Positions 1-8,438 of a DNA stretch of 25,063 nt are shown here, piece after piece. How positions within the stretch are numbered: the first letter of the stretch is position 1; every line of letters starts with the position of its first letter. The DNA comes from Pseudobacteriovorax sp. (GTDB lineage Bacteria; Bdellovibrionota_B; Oligoflexia; Oligoflexales; Oligoflexaceae), in assembly GCA_050293845.1 (NCBI GenBank), contig JBNKNM010000025.1, positions 18,138 through 43,200 on the forward strand, read 5' to 3'. The notes below the pieces were generated by a model. That model saw nothing but the letters and a program-made list of their open reading frames with translations, was not told the origin of the DNA and ran no database searches. Both the position numbers and the translations under genes were made by a program.

Positions 1-77
1 TCTTCGGTACTTTTGGATCAATCTTCGGTACTTTTGGATCAATCTTCGGTACTTTTGGATCAATCTTCGGTACTTTT
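1..77 (+). repeat. 21-bp perfect tandem repeat TCTTCGGTACTTTTGGATCAA, 3 full copies plus 14 bp, probably continuing left of the window
   Basis: Copies at 1-21, 22-42 and 43-63, partial copy at 64-77; reads SSVLLDQ in frame +1. Confidence 0.95.
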
Positions 78-258
78 AGTTACACTATATGATGATGATC
101 TTGACCACCTCTTAGCTCTTATAGAAGATAATAATGTAGCAACTATCAACCTAACAGGAATAGGTCAATACGATTTTTATATGAATTACGAAGGTAATAT
201 CATCAACTCCAATGATAATTTCACTAGAATACTAATTGATCTAAGAGTAGAAGAATAA
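1..258 (+). CDS. 3' end of a hypothetical protein, 5'-truncated by the window, with SSVLLDQ heptad repeats
   Basis: Frame +1 is open from base 1 to TAA at 256-258 and converges on the hairpin at 263-286; no recognisable family. Confidence 0.4.
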   Translation, partial: SSVLLDQSSVLLDQSSVLLDQSSVLLVTLYDDDLDHLLALIEDNNVATINLTGIGQYDFYMNYEGNIINSNDNFTRILIDLRVEE

Positions 259-286
259 AAAAAGTCAGGGGGGATACCCCCTGACT
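257..286 (-). terminator. Rho-independent terminator ending the late operon
   Basis: Perfect 10-bp stem AGTCAGGGGG (263-272) / CCCCCTGACT (277-286), 4-nt loop, A-run 257-263 (U-tract on minus strand), 2 nt after the peptidase stop codon. Confidence 0.85.
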
Positions 287-288
287 CC

Positions 289-654
289 CTAATAGGTCCA
301 TGTAGCCAAACCTGATTCCCTTAGATCGATATGAATAAAATTCTTCCCTTGTGCAATTCCTGTGAAACCAAAGCAAAAAGCCAAATGTAATAATTGATAT
401 TTATCTTCTGAAGACCAACCTTTAGTCGAGATATCAACAGCAAGTCCTAGCAGATGCTTTGAGTTAATTTTCCCTCCAACTTTTTCATTATGTACCTTGC
501 ATCGATACCATGAATTGATATTAAAAGGCTTACCAAAAGCATCGCGTAGGCATTGCAACCTATCAATGAATTTACTGTTAATGACTGGTTTGCATCTTCC
601 ACAAGGACAAGAAAGCTCTTCTAGTGTGAAATTTCTTTGAATTTTCGTCCGCAT
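289..654 (-). CDS. Peptidase M15A family protein, probable endolysin
   Basis: CPCGRC near the N-terminus, INSWYRC..HN..VGG..NSKHLLGLAVD (SxH..D zinc ligands) and FIHID motifs; GGAG RBS; last gene of the late operon. Confidence 0.85.
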   Translation of the reverse strand: MRTKIQRNFTLEELSCPCGRCKPVINSKFIDRLQCLRDAFGKPFNINSWYRCKVHNEKVGGKINSKHLLGLAVDISTKGWSSEDKYQLLHLAFCFGFTGIAQGKNFIHIDLRESGLATWTY

Positions 655-696
655 TTTCGCTCTCCTATGAATTGGGAAGGGAGAGCCATAAATAAT

Positions 697-1965
697 TTAC
701 AGAGATTCAGTTATTGCCTTTGTACAATGCGTTTGCACTGGGAAATAACCACCTGAAAGTAGAGCATTACATGCTCCGTCACCAGTTTTTAGAATATATG
801 TACACCTATATGTATTCGATGAAGCTATGTATCCGCCTTGAAAATATAAATTTCCAGTAAGTACCGTTTCTCTACAGGAACCAGAAAATACCCGATATCC
901 TGTAGGACAAACACCCTCTGCTATCACTATATTGTTGGAAAAGGCTGACCTACATCGACCATCGCTTGTAAATCTATCAATCGTTTCGTTGTAGGCAAAG
1001 AGTCCTTGCGCTAGCTTATTTGGTGTTATTGAGTTATTGATCACATTATCCCCTCCAACAGCATTATCAGCCAATTCAGAGTTACCAACCGAATCAGCAG
1101 CTAAGTCCGCAGCCGTAAGGCTATTGTCGACAACATTCAAACTACCAACTGCATCATCAGCTAGCTCAGAATTACCGACTGAATCAGCGGCTAGGTCCAA
1201 AGCCGTAAGGCTATTTTCAATGACATTTTCACTGCCAACTGCATCATTAGCTAGCTCAGAATTACCAACTGAATCCTCTGCAAGATCTGAAGCTGTAAGA
1301 CTGTTGTCAATTACATTTTCACTACCTGCTGCATTGTCTGCTAGTTCTGAATTACCTACTGAGTCCTCTGCAAGATCTGAAGCTGTAAGACTGTTATTAA
1401 TGACATTTTCACTGCCAACAGAGTTATTAGCTAGCTCAGAACTACCAACCGAATCAGCAGCTAAGTCCGAAGCCGTAAGGCTATTTTCAATGACATTTTC
1501 ACTGCCAACAGCATCATCGGCTAACTCGGAGTTGCCAACTGAATCAGCAGCTAAATCCAAAGCTGTAAGGCTGTTATCAATGACATTTTCACTGCCAACA
1601 GCATCATCGGCTAGCTCCGAATTACCAACTGAATTTGGAGCAAGATCTGAGGCAGTTAGTGGCAAGCCAAAGTATTTTCCATGCTGATCAAAAATTAATT
1701 TTTCGTTTATATACAAGGATTTTAAATTTGTATGCCCTCGTATATCAATGCGATTGTCACCACTTGCCGAAATAACAAATGCAACCTCGTCAAATCCACC
1801 AACCTTTCGATAAAAAGTTACATTATTACCATCTATTATTGGCCGCAGCTCATCACCACTGACTGAAATATGACTTGTTCCTGGTGGAACAAACTCTGCT
1901 TTAGTAGTGGATGAAAAGGATAAAATTGCAGCTAAGGCAAAGGAGAGAAAAAAGATAAAATTCAT
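697..1965 (-). CDS. Signal-peptide-bearing fibre/adhesin-like protein with 7 x 30-aa repeats and a 6-Cys C-terminal domain
   Basis: Hydrophobic N-terminus ending TKA-E; (SLTASDLAAD SVGNSELADD AVGSENVIDN) x7; head domain containing CPTGYRVFSGSC; GAGG RBS. Confidence 0.75.
   Translation of the reverse strand: MNFIFFLSFALAAILSFSSTTKAEFVPPGTSHISVSGDELRPIIDGNNVTFYRKVGGFDEVAFVISASGDNRIDIRGHTNLKSLYINEKLIFDQHGKYFGLPLTASDLAPNSVGNSELADDAVGSENVIDNSLTALDLAADSVGNSELADDAVGSENVIENSLTASDLAADSVGSSELANNSVGSENVINNSLTASDLAEDSVGNSELADNAAGSENVIDNSLTASDLAEDSVGNSELANDAVGSENVIENSLTALDLAADSVGNSELADDAVGSLNVVDNSLTAADLAADSVGNSELADNAVGGDNVINNSITPNKLAQGLFAYNETIDRFTSDGRCRSAFSNNIVIAEGVCPTGYRVFSGSCRETVLTGNLYFQGGYIASSNTYRCTYILKTGDGACNALLSGGYFPVQTHCTKAITESL
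1033..1662 (-). repeat. Intragenic 90-bp imperfect tandem repeat, 7 copies, with 30-bp sub-periodicity
   Basis: Residues 102-311 of the 697..1965 protein; recurring TGACATTTTCACTGCCAAC-like units on the + strand. Confidence 0.9.
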
Positions 1966-2015
1966 AAAAACCTCGTAAAAAATAAGTGAGCAGTTAGAAG
2001 AGAGCCTTAATAGAA

Positions 2016-2639
2016 CTAAAATGTAAGAACGGCACTTGGCGGAATAGTCGTGTTATTTAAAAAACCATTTTTGATTCTTGATAACCCAAAATAAGGTCGG
2101 CTAGAAGTAGTGCTGCCATTATACTTAACGGCATGATAGCGGCTGTCTGGGTCTTCTCGAAAATCCCATATTCCACCAAGTATAGTGCAGTTATTGCCAT
2201 TAACTTCGAGAACACCTTGACCAACCTCCATGCCCTGATTTTGGTCGGTTTGCACTCGACCTCGGATATGAGCACCAGGTGCAAACTGAATAAAAACTGA
2301 ATCAGCATCTAAAATTATCGGACCTTGATCCATATCCCAGCTCATGGCCCGAACATAAATAGATGTTCCATCCGTTACATTTTGAATGGTATTGCGAAGA
2401 TCTTCTTGGCTATTAACTATAACATCAAATGGCGATGCCCTTTTTATTGATTGATAAAGTTGATTTTGACTAGTCGGATCAAGAGTAATTCCATTTTGAG
2501 TAATGGCATTAGCTATTTCTTCTTGAACGTTATTCAACCAATAGGGCTGTACTTTAGTTGGAAACTGACCTCCATTGGTTGGGTCGCCAGCAGTGAATCG
2601 TTCATTAATGGCTCCATCCTCATTTCTGATTCTTTCCAT
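2016..2639 (-). CDS. Short tail fibre protein with Mu-like N-terminal baseplate-anchoring domain
   Basis: FTAGDP..PT.V...WLNNVQEEIANAI...GITLD....QLYQSI is the typical N-terminus of fibres that follow YmfQ/gp48; directly downstream of gp48. Confidence 0.75.
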   Translation of the reverse strand: MERIRNEDGAINERFTAGDPTNGGQFPTKVQPYWLNNVQEEIANAITQNGITLDPTSQNQLYQSIKRASPFDVIVNSQEDLRNTIQNVTDGTSIYVRAMSWDMDQGPIILDADSVFIQFAPGAHIRGRVQTDQNQGMEVGQGVLEVNGNNCTILGGIWDFREDPDSRYHAVKYNGSTTSSRPYFGLSRIKNGFLNNTTIPPSAVLTF

Positions 2640-3167
2640 TTAATTATCCTCCGAAAATAAAGCTGCTAGGTGAGCCTGTTTGAATCGCTCAACATTTGCT
2701 TTTATGAGCTGTAGGTCAGACGATTTGATATTTGTGACTTCAAAGGCAAAAACCCACTGTTCATCAAATGCGTAATCACCAGCGGTAAAACCTGCCCTTA
2801 GCGGCTTAAAGAATTTTATTTCAACTTTACTGCTTGATATTCGGCGTAAGAAGGTGGTCCAGAATTCCGTCGATTGGCCACCTACAGAAGATAGCTTGCC
2901 AACAACTGCAAGGTTTCTAGCTTCAAGGTTGCCTGGGGCTAGGTGAGAGGTGAATTCATCAGGCAAACCCACAATTTTCTCCCAAGCTTCAAGTTGATAC
3001 TCGAGATCCCCTGGAATTTCTTTCTCAAGAAACTTAACAGCCAGTTCATCAATCCTAGAAAACTCTGACGCTAAAGCTTCTATGAGCTTATCGAATGTAG
3101 GGCCCATGAGAGCTAGACCGGATGGTAGAAGCTTTCTAAGCATAGTTTTATGATTCAATCTGGCCAC
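2640..3167 (-). CDS. Baseplate wedge protein, Mu gp48 / YmfQ (DUF2313) family
   Basis: LRKLLPSG, ALASEFSRID, LEAWEKIVGLPD, GGQS..F and KQAH motifs; follows the J-like gene. Confidence 0.85.
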   Translation of the reverse strand: MARLNHKTMLRKLLPSGLALMGPTFDKLIEALASEFSRIDELAVKFLEKEIPGDLEYQLEAWEKIVGLPDEFTSHLAPGNLEARNLAVVGKLSSVGGQSTEFWTTFLRRISSSKVEIKFFKPLRAGFTAGDYAFDEQWVFAFEVTNIKSSDLQLIKANVERFKQAHLAALFSEDN

Positions 3168-4228
3168 TGAACGCCTCCAAATGTAATAATTTCTACGTCG
3201 CCAACGGTAATGTCCTGTGTGGGTGAAATGAGCGTATGAAATTCTTCACCCTCGGCCTGGGATATAGCTTCTCTCAGGCGCGAAACTCTAATGGCACCAG
3301 TGCTACCATCTTCCCTACCTGCTGAAGCTTCACGTCGTAAAAGGTCTTTTATTTCTTTTTCCACAGCTAACCGTACTTCAGGGGTATCTGGACTCACTTG
3401 AATTTCAGGGGTAATGGGCTTGGCTTTAAGTTGGATCACATCAACAACGGCTGTAGTTGGAGCTCGGGATTTGAGAGTTTCCCTGACCTTGGCAAAGATA
3501 TCGCTGCTAGGATCGGGGACTATATTGTCCAGGCCATCAGTAACAAATGCGACATCGACAGTCCCAGCACCGCGGCGGGTGGGATAGACGAACGCCCTTG
3601 TGACTCCTGGGACTTCCTTTGCCCAAATAATATAATCTGTAGCTGCTCCACCTTGTGGAGGAGTACGGATACGCTCTAAAAGCCTAGCCCTGAGTTGAAC
3701 GTCTGTTTCCTCATTTGCACCTCCAGAAGTGCCTCCGACAGCTACAATACCGACAGAGTCAATACCTTCGATTGGATTGACTAGGGAAATTTCAATTCCC
3801 GAATCAAGGTTCTGTTTGGCTCCGAAAGCCAGAGAAACCACGTCAACTATCACTTTGCCGTTGACAGCAACACCTTCACTAGTCACTTGATAGCGAAGAT
3901 CAAATGCCTGCAGGATTGTTCCAACAGGAACGGTCGCTGTGGGAACCAATGCCGTGAGCTCCACTTTGCCCTTGGACCTAGTTGCCTGCTTCCTGAATAC
4001 TCCAAAAATAGCAGCCCATCGTTCGAGAACTAGACCACGGGCGCTGTCTGGCAATAGGTTTTTAGCTAAAAATTCAATATGACCATGAAGGCTGTGGCTT
4101 AAGCCCGCCAAAGCTTTAGCAAGAATATCAACGAGAGAAATTCTTGGGCGCTTTTTGGTCCCAAGTAAAGAATCAATGGTCTGCCTCACGCGCTGGTACA
4201 ACTGAGGAAGCGTTGGCCTCACATACAT
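3155..4228 (-). CDS. Baseplate J / Mu gp47 family protein
   Basis: RPTLPQL, LERWAAIFG, GGANEETD..LRARLL, PPQGGAATDYIIWAKEVPGVTRA and GAGTVDV motifs. Confidence 0.93.
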   Translation of the reverse strand: MYVRPTLPQLYQRVRQTIDSLLGTKKRPRISLVDILAKALAGLSHSLHGHIEFLAKNLLPDSARGLVLERWAAIFGVFRKQATRSKGKVELTALVPTATVPVGTILQAFDLRYQVTSEGVAVNGKVIVDVVSLAFGAKQNLDSGIEISLVNPIEGIDSVGIVAVGGTSGGANEETDVQLRARLLERIRTPPQGGAATDYIIWAKEVPGVTRAFVYPTRRGAGTVDVAFVTDGLDNIVPDPSSDIFAKVRETLKSRAPTTAVVDVIQLKAKPITPEIQVSPDTPEVRLAVEKEIKDLLRREASAGREDGSTGAIRVSRLREAISQAEGEEFHTLISPTQDITVGDVEIITFGGVQWPD

Positions 4229-4251
4229 TTCATCACCTGATTTAAGTTAGA

Positions 4252-4647
4252 CTATCTGACAAGGAATGTTTTATTGTTTATTTTGAGGGAGAGGTTCTTT
4301 TCTTCGTCGTAGCTCGAATCTATCTCGATAGATTCGACAAATCCGTCATCAATTAAATGCTGTAAAGCCTCTGCGGCGAATTGTTCAGTATCGAGCCGAA
4401 CCTGTTCAGAAGTTTTTTCACGCTTAAGTAGCCAAAGCTTGCTCCCTGTAGGCGTTCCATCGCCAAGCTTGTCACCCCAAAAACCACGTTTGCTCGTTTC
4501 TTCGGATGGTAATTCTTCGTCAGTCACACGGCCATCAAGGAAAAGGCTCAAATACTCGGAGGTTTCAATGCCTTCTTCAATTAATAGATCATCGTCATCG
4601 ACAACAATATCTGGTCTACCATCAACCAATCTTAACGCAAGATCCAC
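4252..4647 (-). CDS. Mu gp46-like baseplate protein (start re-assigned to GTG at 4647)
   Basis: SLFLD.R, RGFWGD, GSKLWLLKREK and AAEALQHLIDDG motifs; GAGGTGG RBS just before the GTG; in frame with the 4252..4749 ORF. Confidence 0.85.
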   Translation of the reverse strand: MDLALRLVDGRPDIVVDDDDLLIEEGIETSEYLSLFLDGRVTDEELPSEETSKRGFWGDKLGDGTPTGSKLWLLKREKTSEQVRLDTEQFAAEALQHLIDDGFVESIEIDSSYDEEKNLSLKINNKTFLVR

Positions 4648-5413
4648 TTTCCACCTCAAAATTAGACCACACAATTTCCGATCTACGCCTTTGTTTGGCT
4701 GACCTGCAATTGGCGGGGAATTCAAATTTATGCCAGTGGGGGGGTGCAAAAGGATTATCGTAATGGGACAAGAAAAACTTTCCTTTGATTCCTTTTAGTT
4801 TATCAATCAACTTATCAAGATCTAATTGCTTATAACCACGATAGTGGCCTTGATCGCAACCGACATAAGGAGGATCAATATAGAAAAAAGTGTCTTTACT
4901 GTCCCACCTATCAATACACTTCAGAGCGTCTAGGTGTTCTATATAGACGTTTTCAAGACGCTCCACGAAAGATTCGAGATTGCGCACCTTATTGTGGAAT
5001 GTTCGGACCCTTTTGGAAAATTTCAGGCGACTCCACCCTCCACCAAGAACATTGTTATATGAGGACATGATATCAACAAAGTAATAATAAGCCCGATCGA
5101 CATCGTTCTCAGTGGATCCCAATCGGTTTGTGATTACGGCTTTATCATGATTATAGCGACTATACGGTGTAAACATTAGCTTTCTTATGAGCTCCATAGC
5201 CGTATCAGGATTTTGGAGAACCGAATAAAAGTTGTGAAGTCTAAGATCATGATCGTTTATAACTTCAGCATATTTCTCGCTTGGCTCTTGCGCAAAGAGC
5301 AATGAGGCCGATCCTGCAAATGGTTCAACATAGGTTTTATATTCTGGTAGATAGGGCAATAATTTCTGTGAAAGATAATGTTTGCCCCCATAATAGCTGA
5401 TAGGTGGTTTCAT
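4622..5413 (-). CDS. DNA adenine methyltransferase, D12 / Dam-like class
   Basis: YYGGK, YVEPFAGSAS (SAM-binding), VIND, FFYIDPPY (catalytic) and E.VWSNF motifs; target sequence unknown. Confidence 0.92.
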   Translation of the reverse strand: MKPPISYYGGKHYLSQKLLPYLPEYKTYVEPFAGSASLLFAQEPSEKYAEVINDHDLRLHNFYSVLQNPDTAMELIRKLMFTPYSRYNHDKAVITNRLGSTENDVDRAYYYFVDIMSSYNNVLGGGWSRLKFSKRVRTFHNKVRNLESFVERLENVYIEHLDALKCIDRWDSKDTFFYIDPPYVGCDQGHYRGYKQLDLDKLIDKLKGIKGKFFLSHYDNPFAPPHWHKFEFPANCRSAKQRRRSEIVWSNFEVESGSCVKIG

Positions 5414-5427
5414 GGAGATTGACTTTC

Positions 5428-6057
5428 CTATGCACCAGGAGTCGGCTTGCCTGTGACTCCTTGTGGTATTAATAGTGGATGAGGATGATTTTTAAGTGAT
5501 ACTCCCCCAGCTTTACAATCTGAAGCTTCAAGTTCACCTGAAACTTCGGCAGAGGCATTAATAGTGACTTTTTTTTCAATGGTAGCTGTAGATTTTATGT
5601 TTGTTGCCCCTGTAATAGTGGCTTTCCCATCGAGAGTAATAGCTGGGGAAATAATATTACAGGCAGTATCAGCGTTCACATTGAAAGTCTTGGTTTTAAG
5701 TTCGACTACGTTACCACGTTTTAAATGAATGTGATCACCTTCATCTGTGTAAATAGCTACCTCACCATCAGCTAGACCTTTAATCCTATAGCGACGATCA
5801 TCGACAGCGATCACAATCCCTCTGTCTCGATTCCCGCCAGGAAAAAGCACAATAGCCTCGGATTCTGGATGGGGCTTGGAGACAAGGCCATAATCTTGAA
5901 ACCGCTCAACCCTGTCTCGTAGTTCGTTTTTCAAAAGAGATAGCTGCATTTTTTGAAGACCCTCGTCATCCGTGTCATAGACTGCTTTGACTATAGCCTT
6001 ACCGATAATGAGCCTCATATTTCGCTTAATAGGAGCCAATAACTTTTGGATACTCAT
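5428..6057 (-). CDS. Baseplate spike / assembly protein V, Mu gp45 family
   Basis: VERFQDYGLVS.P..ESEA....GGNRD.G.VIAVDDRRYR..GLADGEVAIY motif; C-terminal SLKNHPH (HxH metal-binding tip). Confidence 0.92.
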   Translation of the reverse strand: MSIQKLLAPIKRNMRLIIGKAIVKAVYDTDDEGLQKMQLSLLKNELRDRVERFQDYGLVSKPHPESEAIVLFPGGNRDRGIVIAVDDRRYRIKGLADGEVAIYTDEGDHIHLKRGNVVELKTKTFNVNADTACNIISPAITLDGKATITGATNIKSTATIEKKVTINASAEVSGELEASDCKAGGVSLKNHPHPLLIPQGVTGKPTPGA

Positions 6058-7122
6058 TCATGCAGCCTCTGGCGCAAGTTCCGTAATTGGGTCGTTTGAC
6101 TTCGGAATTTCAGGCTGAGGAATGTAAGCGTCAGACCTAGATAATTCGAGGATAGTTATGGTTCCATCATCATCGTTATAAATAAAATCGGTGCCAACGA
6201 TGAGCATATCAGCGCTAACACCTAAAAAAGGAGAATGCAATGAAACTATTAAATTAACGTCCCAGAGTCGGCCCGACTGTTGCTGCCAACCCTGTGTCGT
6301 AACTGTGATAGTGGTAGATCGTCCGGCCCTAACGGTCGCCTCCCAATTGGCTCTTTTCTGGGCTTTTCCTTGGTCGAGGTCGCCGTCAGCAATGACAACA
6401 TGAGGCCGAAAGCGATTAACGGAGGTATCCCTGGATCGTCCTTCGACTTCGGTGGAAGCAGCACCTCCTCCATCTCGGTCATTTCCTTGGCCTTGAACAA
6501 TGTATTCTGAGAAAGAGTTTGAGACATCATAGTTAGCTGAACCTCCAATAATGTTTTGACCTTCAATAAGAGCCGTATCAGCCCTATATTTTCCTATTTT
6601 TTCGATAACAAGGTTTCCCTTCCCATCGGACCTAAACAACACTCCAATTTTTCGAGCTGCCCTTTCTAGGTTTTCAAAAACCGTCTCACCTGGATCTACG
6701 GTCCATCGATCAAAAGTAGTCTGATCGGATGCTTGATCAATAATTGCAATACCAAAAGGCTTAACTAAAGCAGTGGCAATTTGATAAAGGGTTTGCTTTA
6801 GAAACTCGAAGCTCGAATTTATGCCTGCAGCGCAATCAACGAGGTCGCCTGTGTTATCCCTTCCCGAAAGACTGATTGAACGGCTTTCCTTGTCGAATGA
6901 TATCTGCATGTCATCAATAAAACCTGTAACAACAGGCTTCTTCTGTAGACTAGCGACGACTGGAAGTCCTGGGCGGAACGGCCAAGAGATTTTTTCAGTA
7001 GACCATTCATCCACGAGAGAAAAAGAAAACGTAGCAGAAAGGGTATCAATACGTTTTGAAACTGCAATATCAGTCCAGCTCGTATAAATATTTTTCCCAA
7101 TCTGCAACGTCTTCTCTACCAT
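6058..7122 (-). CDS. Baseplate hub protein, Mu gpP (gp44) family (start re-assigned to ATG at 7122)
   Basis: GRDNTGDLVDC, PGETVFE.LERAAR, FSEYIVQGQ, RANWEA and GWQQQSGRLW motifs; GGGAG RBS before 7122. Confidence 0.9.
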   Translation of the reverse strand: MVEKTLQIGKNIYTSWTDIAVSKRIDTLSATFSFSLVDEWSTEKISWPFRPGLPVVASLQKKPVVTGFIDDMQISFDKESRSISLSGRDNTGDLVDCAAGINSSFEFLKQTLYQIATALVKPFGIAIIDQASDQTTFDRWTVDPGETVFENLERAARKIGVLFRSDGKGNLVIEKIGKYRADTALIEGQNIIGGSANYDVSNSFSEYIVQGQGNDRDGGGAASTEVEGRSRDTSVNRFRPHVVIADGDLDQGKAQKRANWEATVRAGRSTTITVTTQGWQQQSGRLWDVNLIVSLHSPFLGVSADMLIVGTDFIYNDDDGTITILELSRSDAYIPQPEIPKSNDPITELAPEAA

Positions 7123-7172
7123 AAAGGCTCCCTTCCGTGACATTTACAACCCTAGTTGATTCTTTCCGAGTC

Positions 7173-7197
7173 GGGATTAGCAGTCGCGCACAATTTT
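7173..7197 (-). promoter_or_regulatory. Conserved 25-bp motif, copy 1 (minus strand AAAATTGTGCGCGACTGCTAATCCC)
   Basis: Matches copies at 19172-19196 and 23051-23075; about 50 bp upstream of the gpP start. Function is inferred. Confidence 0.7.
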
Positions 7198-7341
7198 TAT
7201 AATTGGCTAATTTTGTTTTGAAATTATTAACAACGGTTGTGGGTATCCACAGGCCAAACCGGCCTAATGCATTGACCTGAGTGGCTTTTATGGCAATGAT
7301 TAAATTTTAAACAATGAGAATCGCTGTGCTACAGGAAGCCG

Positions 7342-8160
7342 TCAAAGCTCAACCACTTTGATTACAGGTTCTTTCAGAATAAAGCCTCTACTGGTTGGAT
7401 CACCAAAGCTTCCCGTGGCCGTGGCAAACCAATCATCGTATTCGAGCATTTTAGCTACCGCAGCAGCCCAAACTTTTTTCTCAAGTAAAACATCAAACTC
7501 GATTCCCGCCGAGAGAAGAACAAACCGAGTGATACCATTTTTATTGGTAGTTTCGGGCATCCCAGAAAATTTTATAATAATATTACTACCAATGGCTTCC
7601 TTGGGGTTTTGCTTGGGGAAATCATCTGATATCTTTGGTGCTTGAAATTGCTGTTTCTTGGTTTCTTTACCATCACCTTTTTGGTTCATTTTTTTAACGG
7701 TTCGGCGCTGAACGAATGATTGAAGCCACCGCTCATCCCAACTACTTCCACCGATTTTTCTCGAATTTATTGCAACCTTAAGCACACTTGCTATTTCGGA
7801 TTCTGGAAATAAAATTGTGCCATTAGAATATTCTTGTACTAGTGTTTGAACTCGATCCTCAAACTTCTTTTTAGTGTCTTCAGAAAGTTTGGTTGTTTTT
7901 TTTGCCATTATTTGACGATGAGTATTAGCCATTTGCGACTTGGCATGGTTACGTACCCACTCTAGATCCTGAGTGCGCCCCAACCTGACAGCCTCGTTAA
8001 TGACTCCATCAAGAGCTTTTTCAGACATAAATTGGCCGCTATCAAACTCGGCCTCAATTGCTCGAAGGTTTTTTCGAAGTCGTTCAATAACCTCGGGCGA
8101 CTTTCTTACAATAATGGCCTTTTTAACGACATCTGGAGAAGAATCTGGGGTAGCATCCAT
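7342..8160 (-). CDS. Hypothetical protein; C-terminal domain resembles proteins annotated 'fertility inhibition FinO-like'
   Basis: 272-aa ORF; C-terminal KNG..RF......FDVLL.KKVW.......DW.A.ATG.FG.PT.RGFILKEP.IKV pattern recalled from that family, not verified. Confidence 0.55.
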   Translation of the reverse strand: MDATPDSSPDVVKKAIIVRKSPEVIERLRKNLRAIEAEFDSGQFMSEKALDGVINEAVRLGRTQDLEWVRNHAKSQMANTHRQIMAKKTTKLSEDTKKKFEDRVQTLVQEYSNGTILFPESEIASVLKVAINSRKIGGSSWDERWLQSFVQRRTVKKMNQKGDGKETKKQQFQAPKISDDFPKQNPKEAIGSNIIIKFSGMPETTNKNGITRFVLLSAGIEFDVLLEKKVWAAAVAKMLEYDDWFATATGSFGDPTSRGFILKEPVIKVVEL

Positions 8161-8247
8161 CGTTTGCGTGTCCGTATAAACTCAGTAGTTAGTGCAAATA
8201 ATCCAATCTACCTTCTACAGCAAGCAGCTATAAAATAGAAAACATAA

Positions 8248-8275
8248 ATTTGTATCTATGATCATAGACACAAAT
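8248..8275. promoter_or_regulatory. Palindromic site, copy 1 (ATTTGTATCTATGATCATAGACACAAAT)
   Basis: 28-bp palindrome with one mismatched pair; shares its core with 11040-11057 and 21303-21320; about 90 bp upstream of the 8160 start. Confidence 0.7.
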
Positions 8276-8438
8276 AATAGGCCGGCAAGTGATCATTAAA
8301 CAGTAGTTTTTTGGATATAAAAAACAAATATGACGCACCCTGATTTTGCAGGGTTTCAAGTACCATACTTTTGCTAGAATTGAGAGGGGTTAAATGATCA
8401 CTATTTTCGACAGAAAATCATGTCATTTTGATAGACAA

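Noticed and set aside
1..77. Possible CRISPR array
   Set aside because: Repeats are contiguous with no spacers, and no cas genes are present.
834..860. GNLYFQG resembling the TEV protease site ENLYFQG
   Set aside because: Lacks the Glu, lies inside a natural Cys-rich domain, and no tag or vector sequence is nearby; treated as coincidence.
1037..1687. 216-aa plus-strand ORF with SELPTES repeats
   Set aside because: Antisense shadow of the 90-bp repeat in the 697..1965 gene; no RBS or independent evidence.
697..2639. Diversity-generating retroelement or invertible fibre cassette
   Set aside because: No reverse transcriptase, invertase or template/variable repeat pair is visible in the window.
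4648..4749. Longer gp46 start given by the ORF track
   Set aside because: Lies deep within the MTase gene; GTG at 4647 has a good RBS and matches the family N-terminus.
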